A stretch of DNA of 61,292 nt, the filler included, from Sphacelaria rigidula (lineage: Eukaryota), in assembly GCA_964200075.2 (NCBI GenBank). It is 9 parts of 9 records of this genome, joined end to end, with 100 filler letters (N's around TTAATTAATTAA, not from the genome) between each part and the next. Parts side by side here need not be neighbours in the genome. Positions count along the whole stretch, not along the records: positions 1 to 6,722 come from CAXNAA020018417.1; positions 6,823 to 13,544 come from CAXNAA020018418.1; 7 more parts are not named here. One strand, 5' to 3'. A program made the translations under genes and the position numbers. Below are positions 1 to 13,064 of the stretch, one piece after another. How positions within the stretch are numbered: the first letter of the stretch is position 1; each line of letters starts with the position of its first letter. The notes under the pieces were generated by a model that saw only the letters and a program-made list of their open reading frames with translations, made no database searches and was not told the DNA's origin.

Positions 1-2413
1 ATTGAGGTGTCTTCATGACTAGGATGCGAACGTCCATGAGTCTGCGAAGTATCTGTCCCTACAGACGGCAACGCTTCATCGGAAATGGATTCTAACGTAG
101 TGCACGCGGGGTGGTCAGGGAGCAGTAACGATCTGTTCGAAATCTGGGGAGTACCGGCCTGTTCCACTCTAAGGTTTTCATCTGTCTGAGCCCACACGCA
201 ATCTCTTCCTTGGAGTTCACGTGCGCTTGCTACATCAGGGTTATCTACATTATCATCTGGAGGAGCCCGTCTCTGGTGACGCGTGTAGCGCACGAAAGGA
301 TCGGCGGCTCCAGGAGCTATTGAAATGAGTTCTTGGACAGTCGAACCTAGGTCACGCTCTTGGCGCACCACCTGAGTCGCTGTCACTTGGGGTTCCATTC
401 CAACCCGCTGAGCGACGGAAAGCATGGGTTCTTTGCGTTTGCGACCCTTCAAGGAATAATTATTCTCATCAAATAAAAGGGAACCGGGTACCGTAGTTTT
501 TCGGAACTCGGTAGGGTGGTTAGCCGGGCACTTGAGCAGATGGGGGGGTGCTTGGGTGTTTGGCTTCGAATTTGGTGTTCTCCACTGAACAGGCGAAGGG
601 ACAGCGACGACCGTATCACAAGATATTTCGGCTCCTGACGCGGTAGAAACTGCACTACATGACTTCCTCTCCCCCGAAGAGAAGGGATTCAATTGAATAT
701 GATTAATACCGCGTGCATGTAAAACTGGGTGATCAAATCCAGGATAAAAACGTTGGGTTTGGTCACTGCTCAATTGATAGCCATGCAACGGTGCACAGGC
801 TTCGACTGTCTTGGAACTCTTCACGCCAGTGTCAGTATATCCAGGGAACCCACACCACATGGTTGAACTCGCGGTGGCCACCGTCGATTCGTGGGTGCGA
901 TCTGCGTGACCTGGCCGAGCGAAAACAAATTGTTGACATAAACGTGTTGGGTACTTCTGCAGTGAATTACCGGTCATTGTATATTCTAATTGTGGGATTG
1001 TACCAACTAAATCAGAACTGACTTACAGAAGTAGAAAAATAAATAGGCAGGTGGCGGGGCTTAGCTTTTGGGCTGAGCAACGCGTCCTGGGTTACCCCAC
1101 TGTATGCTATTTGGAATCTCCGCAACTTGTAGAGCGTTCCCAAAAGGTTGTCAAGTTGTGAGGTGAGCATCAGCGCTGTGTGGGTACCGCCCTGGCGGGG
1201 TTCAGCCGCGGCATGAGATCCACTCATGTGTAAACGTCTACCGTTTTGTGAGTGGGCCGGTGCATGTGGTTGAAAGTGTGCCAGGTCAGGTGGATCAGGC
1301 GGTGACTCAGTTGTGGCCTTGAGGGCGGAGCAGGCAACCGTACGAACGCAGTTGTGATTGCCAGACTTGCCAACAGAGTCCAAAAAAATGCGGAGCTCCC
1401 AAGTATCTTCTTGTCAACACTTCATATTCTTGCTCCGCAATTTCCAGAGCCTTTGTGGATGTGCGTATCGCGCGTTCTAGTTCGTTCTGTTCTGTTGGCT
1501 TACTGGAACATCTAAATTATGGGGGACATCTAAAACGCGCGATACGCACATCTAAATTATGGGGGGTCTGCGCGGGCTCCTGGACCATTGTAGATACCTA
1601 TAGGCGGGCAAATTCCAACTCTCTGTGCTCGAGTTCCATGTGGTGTGCTAGATTGTTACTGCGGATCTGATCCCAGTACGCTGTTTGTTCAGCCTTTGAG
1701 AAGTTGTACCAATGGCGCGGTGGAATGAAGGCCGGACGCTTTCGCCGAAGCCGGTCGTGTGTTTCGTCATTCGTGGGCAGGTATTGTTCCAATGTGGGCG
1801 ACGGATCAAAAGCCAGAGTGGGGCGATCAGAGGATTCAGCACCGGTTTGGGTGCGGAGGTTATCGCCAGGAGAGGTTTTCGTAGCATCAGGGCTCACGTG
1901 AAGAGATGCCATCTGAGAATGAAAAGTGGAAACAGCGTCAGCGTTTTGGGTGGCTGCTTGGTGTGTAGTGGTATGTTCACTGAGGGAGGGGGGGTGAGCA
2001 TGGGGAGAACTGTGGTCCTCATCGAATTCTTCAGCCACATCTCTGAAAATACGTGCTGCAAGAGTGCTATCATCGTCGAAACAGTCTGGTTTGTTGTTGT
2101 CGACCGTCTCACTACGCATGGGTTGGGTTGACTTGTACGGTTGTTCACCAGTGTCTGTAGGGATCGCACCGTTCTTCGTGACATCGTGCTCCGATGAAGT
2201 CGAAGGGCGGTTGATATCAAACATTGCTTGTACATCTGCGCGATTTGCGCCAAACCGGTAACGGAGAGATGCAGAGGTTGAAAAGTGAACGTTTCGAAGT
2301 GGAATGGAGCATCGTTGTTGAGGGCTGAGGCGGCGTGAACAAAAATAAAAGGAACAAAGTGGCACGGTACTGTCGACAGTCGATCGACATGTAGTTCCGC
2401 GCACTCCGCACAT
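1..2413 (-). pseudogene. Frameshifted long coding-like region of unknown function, possibly a decayed transposable-element ORF
   Basis: Three consecutive minus-strand open frames: 1598-2413, 1012-1383, and a stop-free frame from ATG 977 running off the contig end at 1 (325 codons, absent from the ORF track). Low-complexity, S/T/P/D-rich. No convincing domain. Confidence 0.35.
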
Positions 2414-5400
2414 GCATGAGGTCTACTACCTTGTCAATCAGGTGTAGACAAGAGGGAAAGAAGAACAAATATGTCGAAGGCACACAACAAACCGTAGGTG
2501 TGTGTGTGTTGGAATAAATTGTAACAGCAAGAGACAAGAACACGAAGGTTGTCACAAGCAACAGACATACAGTGTCTGTCATCAGCCCAACAGCGCATTA
2601 ACAAACCTGCATGCCATGAAGGGATCTACGTGTGGGACGCAGCGAACCGCAACGTCAACCGCTCAGTTCTGTCTTGAGAACATGTTGACGTTGAGAGAAA
2701 AACAACACAACTGTCGGATGACGTATCGTATTTCCAGAGGCAATATCAGCGCAGCTGGTGATACTCATATAACAGCACCGCCTAGTTCACTGAAAATAGC
2801 CGAGTTGGAGTCTTGGTGACGTACATCGTGCAGGTAGACAGTCAATAAATGTACAAACACAACCGAAATACAAATGTGTAGTGCAGTGCAGTCAGCAGCG
2901 TAAAAAACACCAGATAACGAAATGCTGTGTGCGATCGTACAGTACACATGATCTTCACGTGGTCCAGCGGGCGTGGTCGACAGTGCATTACGATATCAAT
3001 TTGTTCGCATCACATGAAACAAAATCCGACACAACGTTATGCCCGCGCCATGTTTTTATCTACAATGCAATATAGATTACTTCGTTCAGATAGCGTAGCA
3101 GTACCAACGCATGCTACAGTACGGCACCTCACCGTCCGCAAGATATACCCCGCTGGGACCATTTGTAATTTAAACGGTGCTGTACTGTCGTCAGTACTTC
3201 AATTCGGAGCAATATTTCAACAGGAAAGGTGAGTGGTCTTCTGGACGACCAAGTATGTGCTGTAATGCGTGTTGGTGGGGCGGCAATCAAACTGTAGTGT
3301 ACACTGGTAACGTGCAAAAGCAACAAAAGTACAGAGTCGAGCGCTTGTGTACAAGTAACATGAGCCTCGCGCATCGCCGTGTTCAATCATGTTCGTGTAC
3401 AGATAGCATTCTTATCCTGGTCCATCATGCCGCATCGTTATAATTCGGTGCGCATGGTGGCTTAACGTTCCGTGTTTGGGCAAGAAAATTCGTATGTACA
3501 GCGGGCGACGATTGAAATAGCCTGCGAACTCTTTACCTGCAAGCATGAATCGGCGTGTGTTTGGACACATGTCGGTCGATTCGGTTGATACAGAATCGAC
3601 GGACTGTGAGCAGGGGCGCTTGCGGGGGCAGGTGGTCGGGAGGGCGGTGAAAAAGCTACGGATCCTTGAAGGGTGTATCTAAACAAGCAACGTGTGAGCG
3701 GCTCTATTATCCGAGAACCGCCCGTGGGTGAAAAAAGACACGGCACTTCAGATCGAGTGTGCATGAAAACGCTCTGGGTTCTCTGTGCAGTGTAAAACGT
3801 TGCCAGAGAGAGCGCATCCGCCACAGTGGGTTGGCTTGTACCGTCGATATGACCTGCAGGGTGCGAGGAATATGCTTGTGCAGCAAGAGAGGGCTGACGT
3901 GTGCGCTCGTAACTTGAGCGCTTCATGGTTCGGTTGCCAATGCCTGAAACCAACGTGGGTACTGTATGACACATCGAACACCTGCAGCTAACTCGAGTCG
4001 GGATGTCTGGTAAACTCCGAGTAAAAGAGAGAACAGCTGTCTAAGAAGCTGTGTAATTACCTTGGTGTATTACACCGCTGAATCATGTACGCAAATATCA
4101 AGTGAAAACGAGGGCCGAAAAATACAAGGTTTTCGAGAGAAAACCGTGAGCTGGTGTTTGGCTGTGTGTAAGCAGCGGCCGATCGAAAGAGAAAAACCGT
4201 ACAGCTTGAATGAATCAAGCTACCTCTGAAGTCCCATGGTTGTGGTAGTGTAAGCAACAACCGCAAGCAGTAGTGCCGTATACACCGAACGCAAGCAAGC
4301 CACACCCTTGTGAGGTGTCTGCCGCGATCCTGGATTGCCTTGTTACACTCAAACTGTAGGTTCCTCTCGCACAAGGCACTCGTCAACAGCAGACAGCTGC
4401 TATTGAAAGTAAGCACCGAGCTCTTCCTGAAAAAAAAACACCACTGTGATATCAAGGGGTTATATTACTTGTGACTTACTCGTGTTAAAGCTCGTCAAAG
4501 CTTGCCGGCAGAAGGGGAGACGTCGTGCAGAACAGATAAAAAGCTGATGGTCCTTCTTGTGGTCAGTTCTACGATAGGCCTTTCTCTGACAGGTGAATCG
4601 CAAGTGGCTTGGTGGGCGATGGTGCTCACGATTACCCTCAAAGCTCATAGCTACGCATACAATCTTGTCATATACACACAAATCAGCATGAAGCACTGTA
4701 CCTCAAGCCAATCAAAGCTGTAGTAGCAGCAGGTACACGCGGCTAATCGGGTACAATCCATCTACCTTCAACCCGCTGCGTCAACAATACAAGGATCGAA
4801 TCCTCCCTCATACAAACACCCATTCAACTAGAATTCTCCCGTACCCGCTGGTCGTTTCTAGGGATCATCTGCATATCCACAAGGAACTAGTTATAATTCA
4901 GGCACTCAGTCATTTACCATCACATTAGCCCACCCTGTATCGTTCAAGTGCAGTCGCTTTTCAGAAGGGTCGAACTTGCACCGAGCCACACCTCTCCCAC
5001 ACCACAGAAAATCGGGACTGCATTTGAAGATCGAGTCCTCTTGGGTACGGGAAACGGGAAGGGGCGATCAACACAAACGACATCAGTAACTGGCCAACAC
5101 AAGCACAAAGCAAAAAGAAACGAAACCGAACCGATACAATGATTCGGCGTCCTCGTATTCCGTGAGTTCTTCGGACGGCGTCATGGGAAAGAAAAAATAA
5201 GAAAAATCAAGAAAAATAAGACTCAGAATCAACAATCAAACCATATCCGAAAAATGCAGTGTCTCCAGAATGTCGTAAGCATTTCCGTGTAGGTACAGGA
5301 ACTCAGAGACCAATCAACAGAGGATTTTATTAAATGAGGTTCATCAATGAAATGAGGTTTGAAGACCCTAGCCGTTGAGTGACAAAAAGCCCTCAGGAGT

Positions 5401-6070
5401 ACCGCACGACGGCGCTGATGTGCAATTTTTGGGAGGAGTAGGAAGTGCGTCCGTGGTTGCACATGTCGCCCATCCGTGGTTAGCTGCGGGCGACGGAGCA
5501 TAACAACGTTTGTTTGATTGTCGACGATGTTTTCACTATTGTTTGTCTCGAGGCTCGTGTCCAGACAAAAATCTCGAGCGTCAAGTTGCTGTCAGTAAGG
5601 TCAGTAAGGTGCTGTCAGTGACGTGGTGGGGGGATATCACTGCCAACGCAGTGATGTGCCGAGCGGATGATTGGGCGTCCCCTGTCCTGAAGAATTGACG
5701 GCCGATGCACGACGTGAATAATTTATTGCACGATCCAACCGTACTGCAAATACCCGTCGAGCTTTCCAATTCGGTTTGAGCATATATGAGGCGGCAATGT
5801 CTCTGTCGAAAGAGAGATCGTGGGCATCCACCCCAAGATCGCTTCGTACGGTCCCGCCATACACACCATCGCAACACCGCATCATGCTACATGACAGCAT
5901 CTCGACCCCGCCCTGAACTGTGCGTTCGCGCCCGCATCCCGACCTGTATGTGAACCTATTGCTTTCACTCTCTAACTGCGCCACTACAACTCGAGGCTCC
6001 AGTGTCATCACTAGTTGCTATTGCAAACATCACCATCGCCATCACTTCCAGTATCACAGTCATCATGGTC

Positions 6071-6376
6071 AAATACAAAGGAGGGTAAGCGTCTCTTTTT
6101 CGCGTCTATGTCTGGGCTGTGTTATAGTAGGGTAAATATAAAGGAAGGTTAGCTTCTCTATTTCATGTCCATGTCCGGGCTGTGTTATGGTAGGTTAACT
6201 AAAAAGAAAGGTTAGTTTCTCTATTTCATGTCTATGTCCGGGCTGTGTTATGGTAGGTTAAATAAAAAGGAGGGTTAGCTTTTGTATTTCACGTCTATGT
6301 CCGAGCTGTGTTATGGTGGGGTAAATAAAACGGGGAGTTAGCTTCTCTATTTCCTGTCTTTGTCCGGGCAGTGTTA
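6071..6376. repeat. Minisatellite, about 5 copies of a ~58-bp unit
   Basis: Recurring GGTTAGCTTCTCTATTTCATGTCTATGTCCGGGCTGTGTTATGGTAGGTTAAATAAAAAGGAG-like unit. Confidence 0.85.
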
Positions 6377-6722
6377 TACTTCCTCTGTCCCATAAGTCTG
6401 TATCGTTATGGACGTTTAATCGTGTGGGCATTTTGATGCTCACGATCATGCTACAGTTGGGCTCGTTAGAGAGATAACGTGCAGACAGAGCTGACTGAGA
6501 AAAAAAAAAAGAACTTGTTTCAAATACTAAAATCATATCAAAATATACCCCATTTTGGCCCTTTTGGGTCCACTTCTACCCCGATGTTGACCGATTTTGG
6601 ACGTTTTGAGGTCGAGCACTCGCGATTACATGCTGAAAAATTGTCAGATGGGGGGGGGTGTAAATTAACGTCTCCGATATATCCAAATCAGTGGTGGTTC
6701 TGCGGTTTTCACATTTGTTTTC

Positions 6723-6822
6723 NNNNNNNNNNNNNNNNNNNNNNNNNNNNNNNNNNNNNNNNNNNNTTAATTAATTAANNNNNNNNNNNNNNNNNNNNNN
6801 NNNNNNNNNNNNNNNNNNNNNN
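6723..6822. other. Artificial contig spacer (N-run + TTAATTAATTAA + N-run); also at 13545-13644, 20367-20466, 27188-27287, 34009-34108, 40830-40929, 47651-47750, 54472-54571
   Basis: Identical 100-bp spacers containing stops in all six frames. The intervening contigs are 6722, 6722, 6722, then six of 6721 bp. Confidence 0.97.
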
Positions 6823-7398
6823 CTGTGCAGTATAGGAAGGAAGCAAGATCTCGATCGTTATTGTGAAGAATTTTATACGTTTTCATTTATCTGAATATTT
6901 ACTGTTTCGTCGCTGAAGAGCGGGAAAACTGCTTATATTGGACCACAAACGGCCAATGACACCCTCCTGATAAACGGGGTATCAAGTCCGTATCGCGCCA
7001 AAAACACCAACTTGAGCACTGCAGTTTGAGCGCGGCCTACGCTTTCTCCCTAAATCTACCGACGCCACCACTTTCAAGTGGTAGTGAAAAATAGTACTCC
7101 CGAAAAACTCAAGAAATACAACAACTACGAATTCTGAAAACTTCTGATGCTCACTACTATAGTTTATAGTTTATTCTTCCGAGCCCCTACGCATATTTTT
7201 GTGTAGTCTTTTTTTTTGCTGACGAGTTCGTAGAACCCTGCCCTTCTGGGCGCCGTGTTTCCTGTCCATGAACGTTTTGTTCATTTTCGCTTGTATTCTG
7301 TCTTGTTGTGCCATGGTGTTGTGACCGCGGGCGCTAGATTTCTGGGGAAAATCTGAAGTGAGAAACAACAACAACAACGACGACGACGACGACGACGA

Positions 7399-8470
7399 CA
7401 TGCATGGAACGCAACAGGACTGCAAAATGATTTGAAAAACTCCCGGCAAAACCATTCAGTAAGTGAAAAAGGCGTGTCCATACCTCGACACACGCAAAAA
7501 ACACAGTAGAACCGCAAAATGTAAAACACCCCCCCCCCTCCCCAAAACAACAGCAGTACGATGGACGTGTCCATGCCCCCGAATAAATACAGCAAATAGG
7601 ACTGCAAAATGGAAAAAACACTCCCCCGACTGAAGGGTCCAGCAAGCCAACGGGCGTGTCTATAGCCAGACATATGCAAAGGATGCAAGAGGACTGCAAA
7701 ATCAAGCACTCACCCGGCAAAATAATCCAGCTGCGAGGTGGGCGCGTGCATACCTCGACACTTGCAAGGAAGCACGACAAGACTCCAAGATGACGAAACT
7801 TCCGCAACAGAACCTCCAGCAGTGCGGTGGCTGTGTTCATACCCAGCCACGTGCAAAGAACGCAACAGGATTGCAAAACCAAAAATAGCTTCTCAACAAA
7901 ACCTTCAGCAGTTGGGATGTCCATACCCCCGACACATGCAAGGAACACAACACAACCGCAAAATACTCCCCCTCCCAAAAGAACTTTCAGCAGTGCGACA
8001 GGCGTGTCCATACTCCAACGCATGCAAGGAACAACACGACAGGACTGCAGAATGAAAACCACTCCCCAGGCAAAACATCCAGCAGTGCGGCGGACGTGTC
8101 CATACCTCGAGGCTTGCGACGCAAAACAGGAGTGCAGATGAAAACCACTCTCAACAACACCTCCAGCAGTGTGGCGGGCGTGTCCGTCCCTCGACACACC
8201 CAAAGTACACAACAAGAGATCGAAATAAAAAAAACCTTTCTCGAGAAAAACTGCAGCAGTGCGGTAGGTGTGTCCATATTTCGACCATGCAAGGAACACA
8301 ACAGAACTGAAGAAAATAAATAATAAAAAAACTCGCCTGCCAAAAGCGTTCAGCAATGTGGTGGACGTGTTCATATCTCACTCAGGGCATGCAAACCAAA
8401 ACAGAACTGTAAAATGAGAAGGAAAAAAAAAAAAAACTCCGCGGCAAATGGGTCCAGCAGTGTGGCAGAC
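7399..8470. repeat. Diverged tandem array, about 12 copies of a ~90-bp unit
   Basis: Unit CATGCAAGGAACACAACAGGACTGCAAAATG...CAGCAGTGCGGCGGGCGTGTCCATACCTCGACA recurs at about 7399, 7491, 7585, 7673, 7761, 7850, 7936, 8021, 8113, 8197, 8286 and 8388. Confidence 0.85.
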
Positions 8471-8724
8471 AGAAGCTCTTATACACAAAATCTCAAGGAC
8501 ACGGAATGGAAGATGACAACAAATGTGAACCAACGCCCGACCGCGCTGGAATCACAGCTTGCTACGCCCCGCCTTCGCCGCCTTCTCGGCAAGTTGAATC
8601 AATGCCTCCGTCGGGCGTCCAGCTTTCATCCTCCTGCCCACCATGGATCAAGAGCCAGTCAGCGCGACGAGCAGGTGATGGCGTATATATACATATGGAA
8701 CTATATTTTCGGGAGATTGAGAGC

Positions 8725-9090
8725 GTGTGGGTGTGTGTGTATTTTGTCGTCCCATCTATTCTGGCCGCCGGTCTACACCTTCCGGTATATGGGGGCGTAC
8801 CAGCCGGGGTCACACAGGAGGAAGGCCAACACGGGAGTTTTTCTGATTCTTATTTGTTTTTAGTACCCCACCTTCCTTCTGCGGTGCTCGCCTTCTATTT
8901 TTTATCGCGAGAGGGGTTCAGCAGTCCCTTTCCCTCGTCGACCGTTAAGTCGAATTTTTTGTACCCACGACATAGTCGCTTTCCACCATTGGGCATGAGA
9001 AGGAGTCCCACATCGCTCCGAGATTCGAACCTACGGCCCAACCGTCAGAAGGTTTCGAGGTTACCAACTGAGCCACCGGGACGACCGGCT
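8725..9090 (-). mobile_element. tRNA-derived SINE, family 1
   Basis: Minus-strand head has A-box TGGCTCAGTTGG and B-box GGTTCGAATC. Body is shared with 18576-18780 and 20005-20240. Ends in a (CA)n-like tail. Confidence 0.8.
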
Positions 9091-9554
9091 TACAGAGTAA
9101 AGGATACGATTGAGGATGAAAAGCGGTCAATTAGTGAATGAATCATTTCAGTTCCTAAATTCCCCTCCACGAGACCCGATATTCTTTCTGTGGTAGCTTG
9201 CCACTGAGGCCCTTGATATCCCTGATTAGGATATCGACGTGTAGCTGTAAGCACACGCCAGTGACAGAGGCGAAGAAAAGCACAAGGGGAATGAAGAATT
9301 GGCCAAGTTAAAGCGAATGATCAAGGCCACTCCCAATCAGCGCTAAACTCTCAATCTCACAAAAACTTTGTGATGAATAAATACAAACGGAACATACAGC
9401 AAAAACGCTGACGCGTGCCTCGTGCAGTATTGTGGAAATTTAATTATCGAGTATCATCCTATCGGCCGTAAATGTCTTCCACGTCGTGACAGTGATTCCA
9501 CCAGTGCAGTTCCATCTGCCAACAGCTTGTGGTGACATAGTTTCGTGACAGTTT

Positions 9555-10097
9555 TTTTTTCTATATGTCGCACTTTGAACACCTCCCCTTCCTCGGGATG
9601 AGTCCGTGGTCTGAAGGGAGTAACCCATCTCTCCAAGGGTAGGTCGAGTAGAGTATACTCACTACTCAGTAGTTTTCAAGAGTCATACTTTTAGTACTCG
9701 AAGTTTGAGTAGAGTATCTGAGGTCGTACTCAACGTACTCAATCATTCGAGTAGAGTATTTGAGGCCGTACTCGACCTACTCAAAATTTGAGTAGAGTAA
9801 TTACTTGAGTATTTTACTCGAGTACTCAAAAGTATAGACTCTATTCGTCCTACCCTTGCATCTCTCCTCTGGTACACGCCTTGCGTTTTGGTCTTGCCAA
9901 TTGGCCTAGCACTCCCGCACCGCGTCAACCCATGTCAAACGAACTCAGTCCACTACTTTATTTACTCACGTTCTCACGCTGTCCACAGCAGTGGAAATCA
10001 GACATTACGAAGAAAAAACCAATGCATCGGGAATCGAACCCTCGTCCTCTCCACCCTAATGGCGCCAGTCGGACCACTACACCACCGGGGCGCGGCG
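9555..10097 (-). mobile_element. tRNA-derived SINE, family 2, interrupted by a hAT MITE
   Basis: Head has A-box GGTGTAGTGG and B-box GGTTCGATTCC (10024-10097). The 3' end CCACGGACTCATCCCGAG...TTCAAAGTGCGACA matches 41044-41125. Confidence 0.7.
9634..9858. mobile_element. hAT-type MITE (225 bp)
   Basis: TIRs CAAGGGTAGGTCGAGTAGAGT / ACTCTATTCGTCCTACCCTTG. Perfect 8-bp TSD CATCTCTC at 9626-9633 and 9859-9866. Internal GAGTA/TACTC repeats. Confidence 0.9.
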
Positions 10098-13064
10098 GCA
10101 GTATCAGTGCAATAGTTGACATGAAAAAACTGTGACTTTCATAAAATCGTGTCAGTAGTGCGGTACACTGCAGTCATATTGACGCACTGAGCAGCAAAAC
10201 TAGGGATCACAGTTATATGTTGAAGCTAGCTAATAGCTGCAAATATTTTCCCGTCACCATGGCTGGGTCCCCGGGATACGTTAGTGTATCTACGTATGTG
10301 TTTGTATATCTCACAAAAAGTATTATCGACAGTATCAGATACCCCCCATATTCTACCGCTCATACAGGAGTTAGACACCACTGCAAGTCCATTTTTACAC
10401 GGGATACGAAGTGTGAATGATAAAAATCTTCCCCGAGATTATTTCGGCAGGGTAACAAGCAAGAAAGTAATTACGAACTGAATTCTGGGAGAGCATCGAA
10501 TCGAAACATTGATTGATCGGATGAGTGATTTTGTCGCACATTAACTGATCTCCTGGGACTTGCAGCCGAACTCACAAACGAGGCGTACGCAAAGCATACA
10601 AAAACGGCAGCACCCGCCCGAGGAAGCTCGAGAAAGAAGGGGATACGGAAATATCTGAGGAGAAAATTTGTGCTTTGCTTTTGTTGACTCTTTATTCATT
10701 TTTCTTTTCAAGGTCTTGGTATGCTATGATATAATATGCCGTTCTGTTCGACTTTTTCTGTTCCCTCCATCTTCTTCAGCGAGTGTTTCAACTTTGTTTT
10801 TTCTTGGGTAGGTCTTTCATGTGACCACGGCTGGATTCCTGGGGGTTCAGTTAGAGTGCGACAATTAACCCATCAGTTAATCAAACTATAGGGCATTCAT
10901 ATGTGTGCATAAATATATATATATATATATATGTATATACACACATGTGTCTGTATATACAGTCATCTCATTGCTCGTTGAGGAGCTACCCATTTGCCCT
11001 CAAGTGCGCATCACGACCAAACTCTGCGTTTTTAGAAGAGTCACGGTCAAGACCTCCAGTGAAGACATCGCCAAAAGCCCCCGAAGAACGTTCCTCCGAT
11101 AAATAATTGTGTCAAACCCCAGGGTATGCCGTATCTCTCAGTTCCGGCACCGCACGCGCACAAGCACTGCTGGCACACGCGCGCACGCACACCGTCATGC
11201 ATGCACGTCGTGGCGTGCAGTGACTGCTTTGCTTTCACCCATACACACACATACACACAAAAACACCTGCTCCCCCTTTTGTGAGTTTGGATAAATATGA
11301 CACATTAGCCGAAAATTCATCGTGGAAGCAGGCTGAAGGTCTCTCTTCAAGCACCTGCAGAAGCTGCACAAGTGACTCACCGTCCAGTGCAAAAAATTGA
11401 ATCGTCGTGTGAATTGAAATTTGCCCCGCATACCCCCCTGCAGGTCTCCAGGTAACTCAACAATAATAATAAACTCAGCCGCCTCATCGGTGCCTTTATT
11501 TTTTAAAACTACCACATCAGTTCGATTTTTCCGACTCGCGGTCGACTCGTATCACTAACTTGAAAAACAGCGTGTCAATGAATCCTTGCTCTGAGCCCAC
11601 AGGTACCCTTTCGACACGTGAACTAATCTCACCTTCGGAGGTCTGACGACATCCGACAGCCTCACTACTAGAATATCAAGTACCCGCCCCGCCTTTCCTT
11701 GCCCTATTATGTCCATGTTTGGCCTCAATCTATAATGGCACTGACCGGCGGTACCGCTGTAAAATCAATGCTCCTGGGTGAGTCATTTACAACCTCATAG
11801 TCAGATCACTGTGTCTCGTAGTAATGGTTGTATGTACCAGCGGTGGTGAGGGTAGGTAGGGTAGGGTACACCCTCGGGTACCCCTAGGGCCGGAGCTCAT
11901 AAGAGTAGGGCGGCGCGTGTACCGTGTCAAGTTAACACGGGGTTTTGTGCTTCTTATTTCATTTTGGTTATATTTGAGGTAATTGCGTTTGGCCATGTAT
12001 TTTGGCTGGAGTCTCTGGAAAAAATGATGGGGGAGTTTATTATGTCTTGTAAGGAATAGCAGGGACGGTATTGGAAAGACGAGCCGACGTCTGAGACCAC
12101 GGGTTCGAGAGATCGGACTAATGTGCAGAAATAATAATAATCATAATAATAATTAGTGGCCTCGACCCCCACACTGCCTTGAGAAAAGCTCTCCGAACGC
12201 CCGAGGCGCCTACCCCACATGACTGCCGCGAGGCGGCCTAGATGAACCTTCGGGTAATCGAACACGAACCCGTTCGCGGCGTGTAAGTGTTGGATGAAGT
12301 TTCCTCCTTCCCCCACGGCAAAAAAGTAAAATTAAAGCCCTCACGTACCCTGCATTTTCAGCGTACATGAATATCAAATACGCAGTTTTTCAGGGTACTC
12401 GGGGTACCGAGTGCCGAAAAAACTCAGTATTCCAGAGTATACAGGGTATCGAGTACCGAAAGTACTCGGTTTTCATCCAGAGGACCCGGGGTATCAACAA
12501 TCAATTTTGAGGGTACCCGAGGACGTGCCCTACCTGAGACAACTTTTTAGGTGAGTTGCAACTCTGTAAAGTAGTACCTGTCCAGCTCTACAAGCTCCAT
12601 TTTCAAGACTTTCATCAGCCTTGGTCGCCGATCCCTCCCCATCATGCTCTTGAACGTCTCGCAAGACTCTCCGGCCATGTACTGCTCCAGCACCGACTCC
12701 CTCACAACAGCTTTGACCTGCTTCGCCGAAGCCGAGTGTTGCAGGGGGGGGGGGGGGGGGGGTATTTCCTTCCTTGATAGAGTACGGGAGTGTACTCATG
12801 ATATTGCATGCCGTAGGCATAGCACCAAAAACCTCGGATAGCGAATGGGGGGGACGGGAATTCGGACTACGACACTAAAATAATCGTTCGTGTGAACCAC
12901 AACCACGAGCTTCTGGCATGAGCTATACACTGTGATACTGTGTTCTTATCACCCAACATCATCCACCCCCCTCCCCCAGAGACCGTGCTGTGGATCATGA
13001 CGCTGATTTGTGTCCATACTTTCGAGCCTCTCGAGCCTCCCGTCATACACGTCTCCACCCCCTC

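Noticed and set aside
6767..6779. TTAATTAATTAA palindrome repeated at a regular 6.8-kb spacing
   Set aside because: Assembly spacer inside N-runs, not a biological motif.
7334..8374. 346-aa Cys/Val-rich ORF, and a CRISPR-like look of the array
   Set aside because: It is a translation of a diverged tandem repeat. Linkers are homologous rather than unique spacers, there are no cas genes, and the context is eukaryotic.
9015..9090. tRNA genes here, at 10024-10097 and at 20005-20080
   Set aside because: A and B boxes are present but there is no convincing cloverleaf, and each continues into a dispersed repeat body, so these are SINE heads.
12535..12720. Possible small exon VKAVVRESVLEQYMAGESCETFKSMM... 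on the minus strand
   Set aside because: Protein-like with plausible splice sites, but no recognisable family or partner exons.
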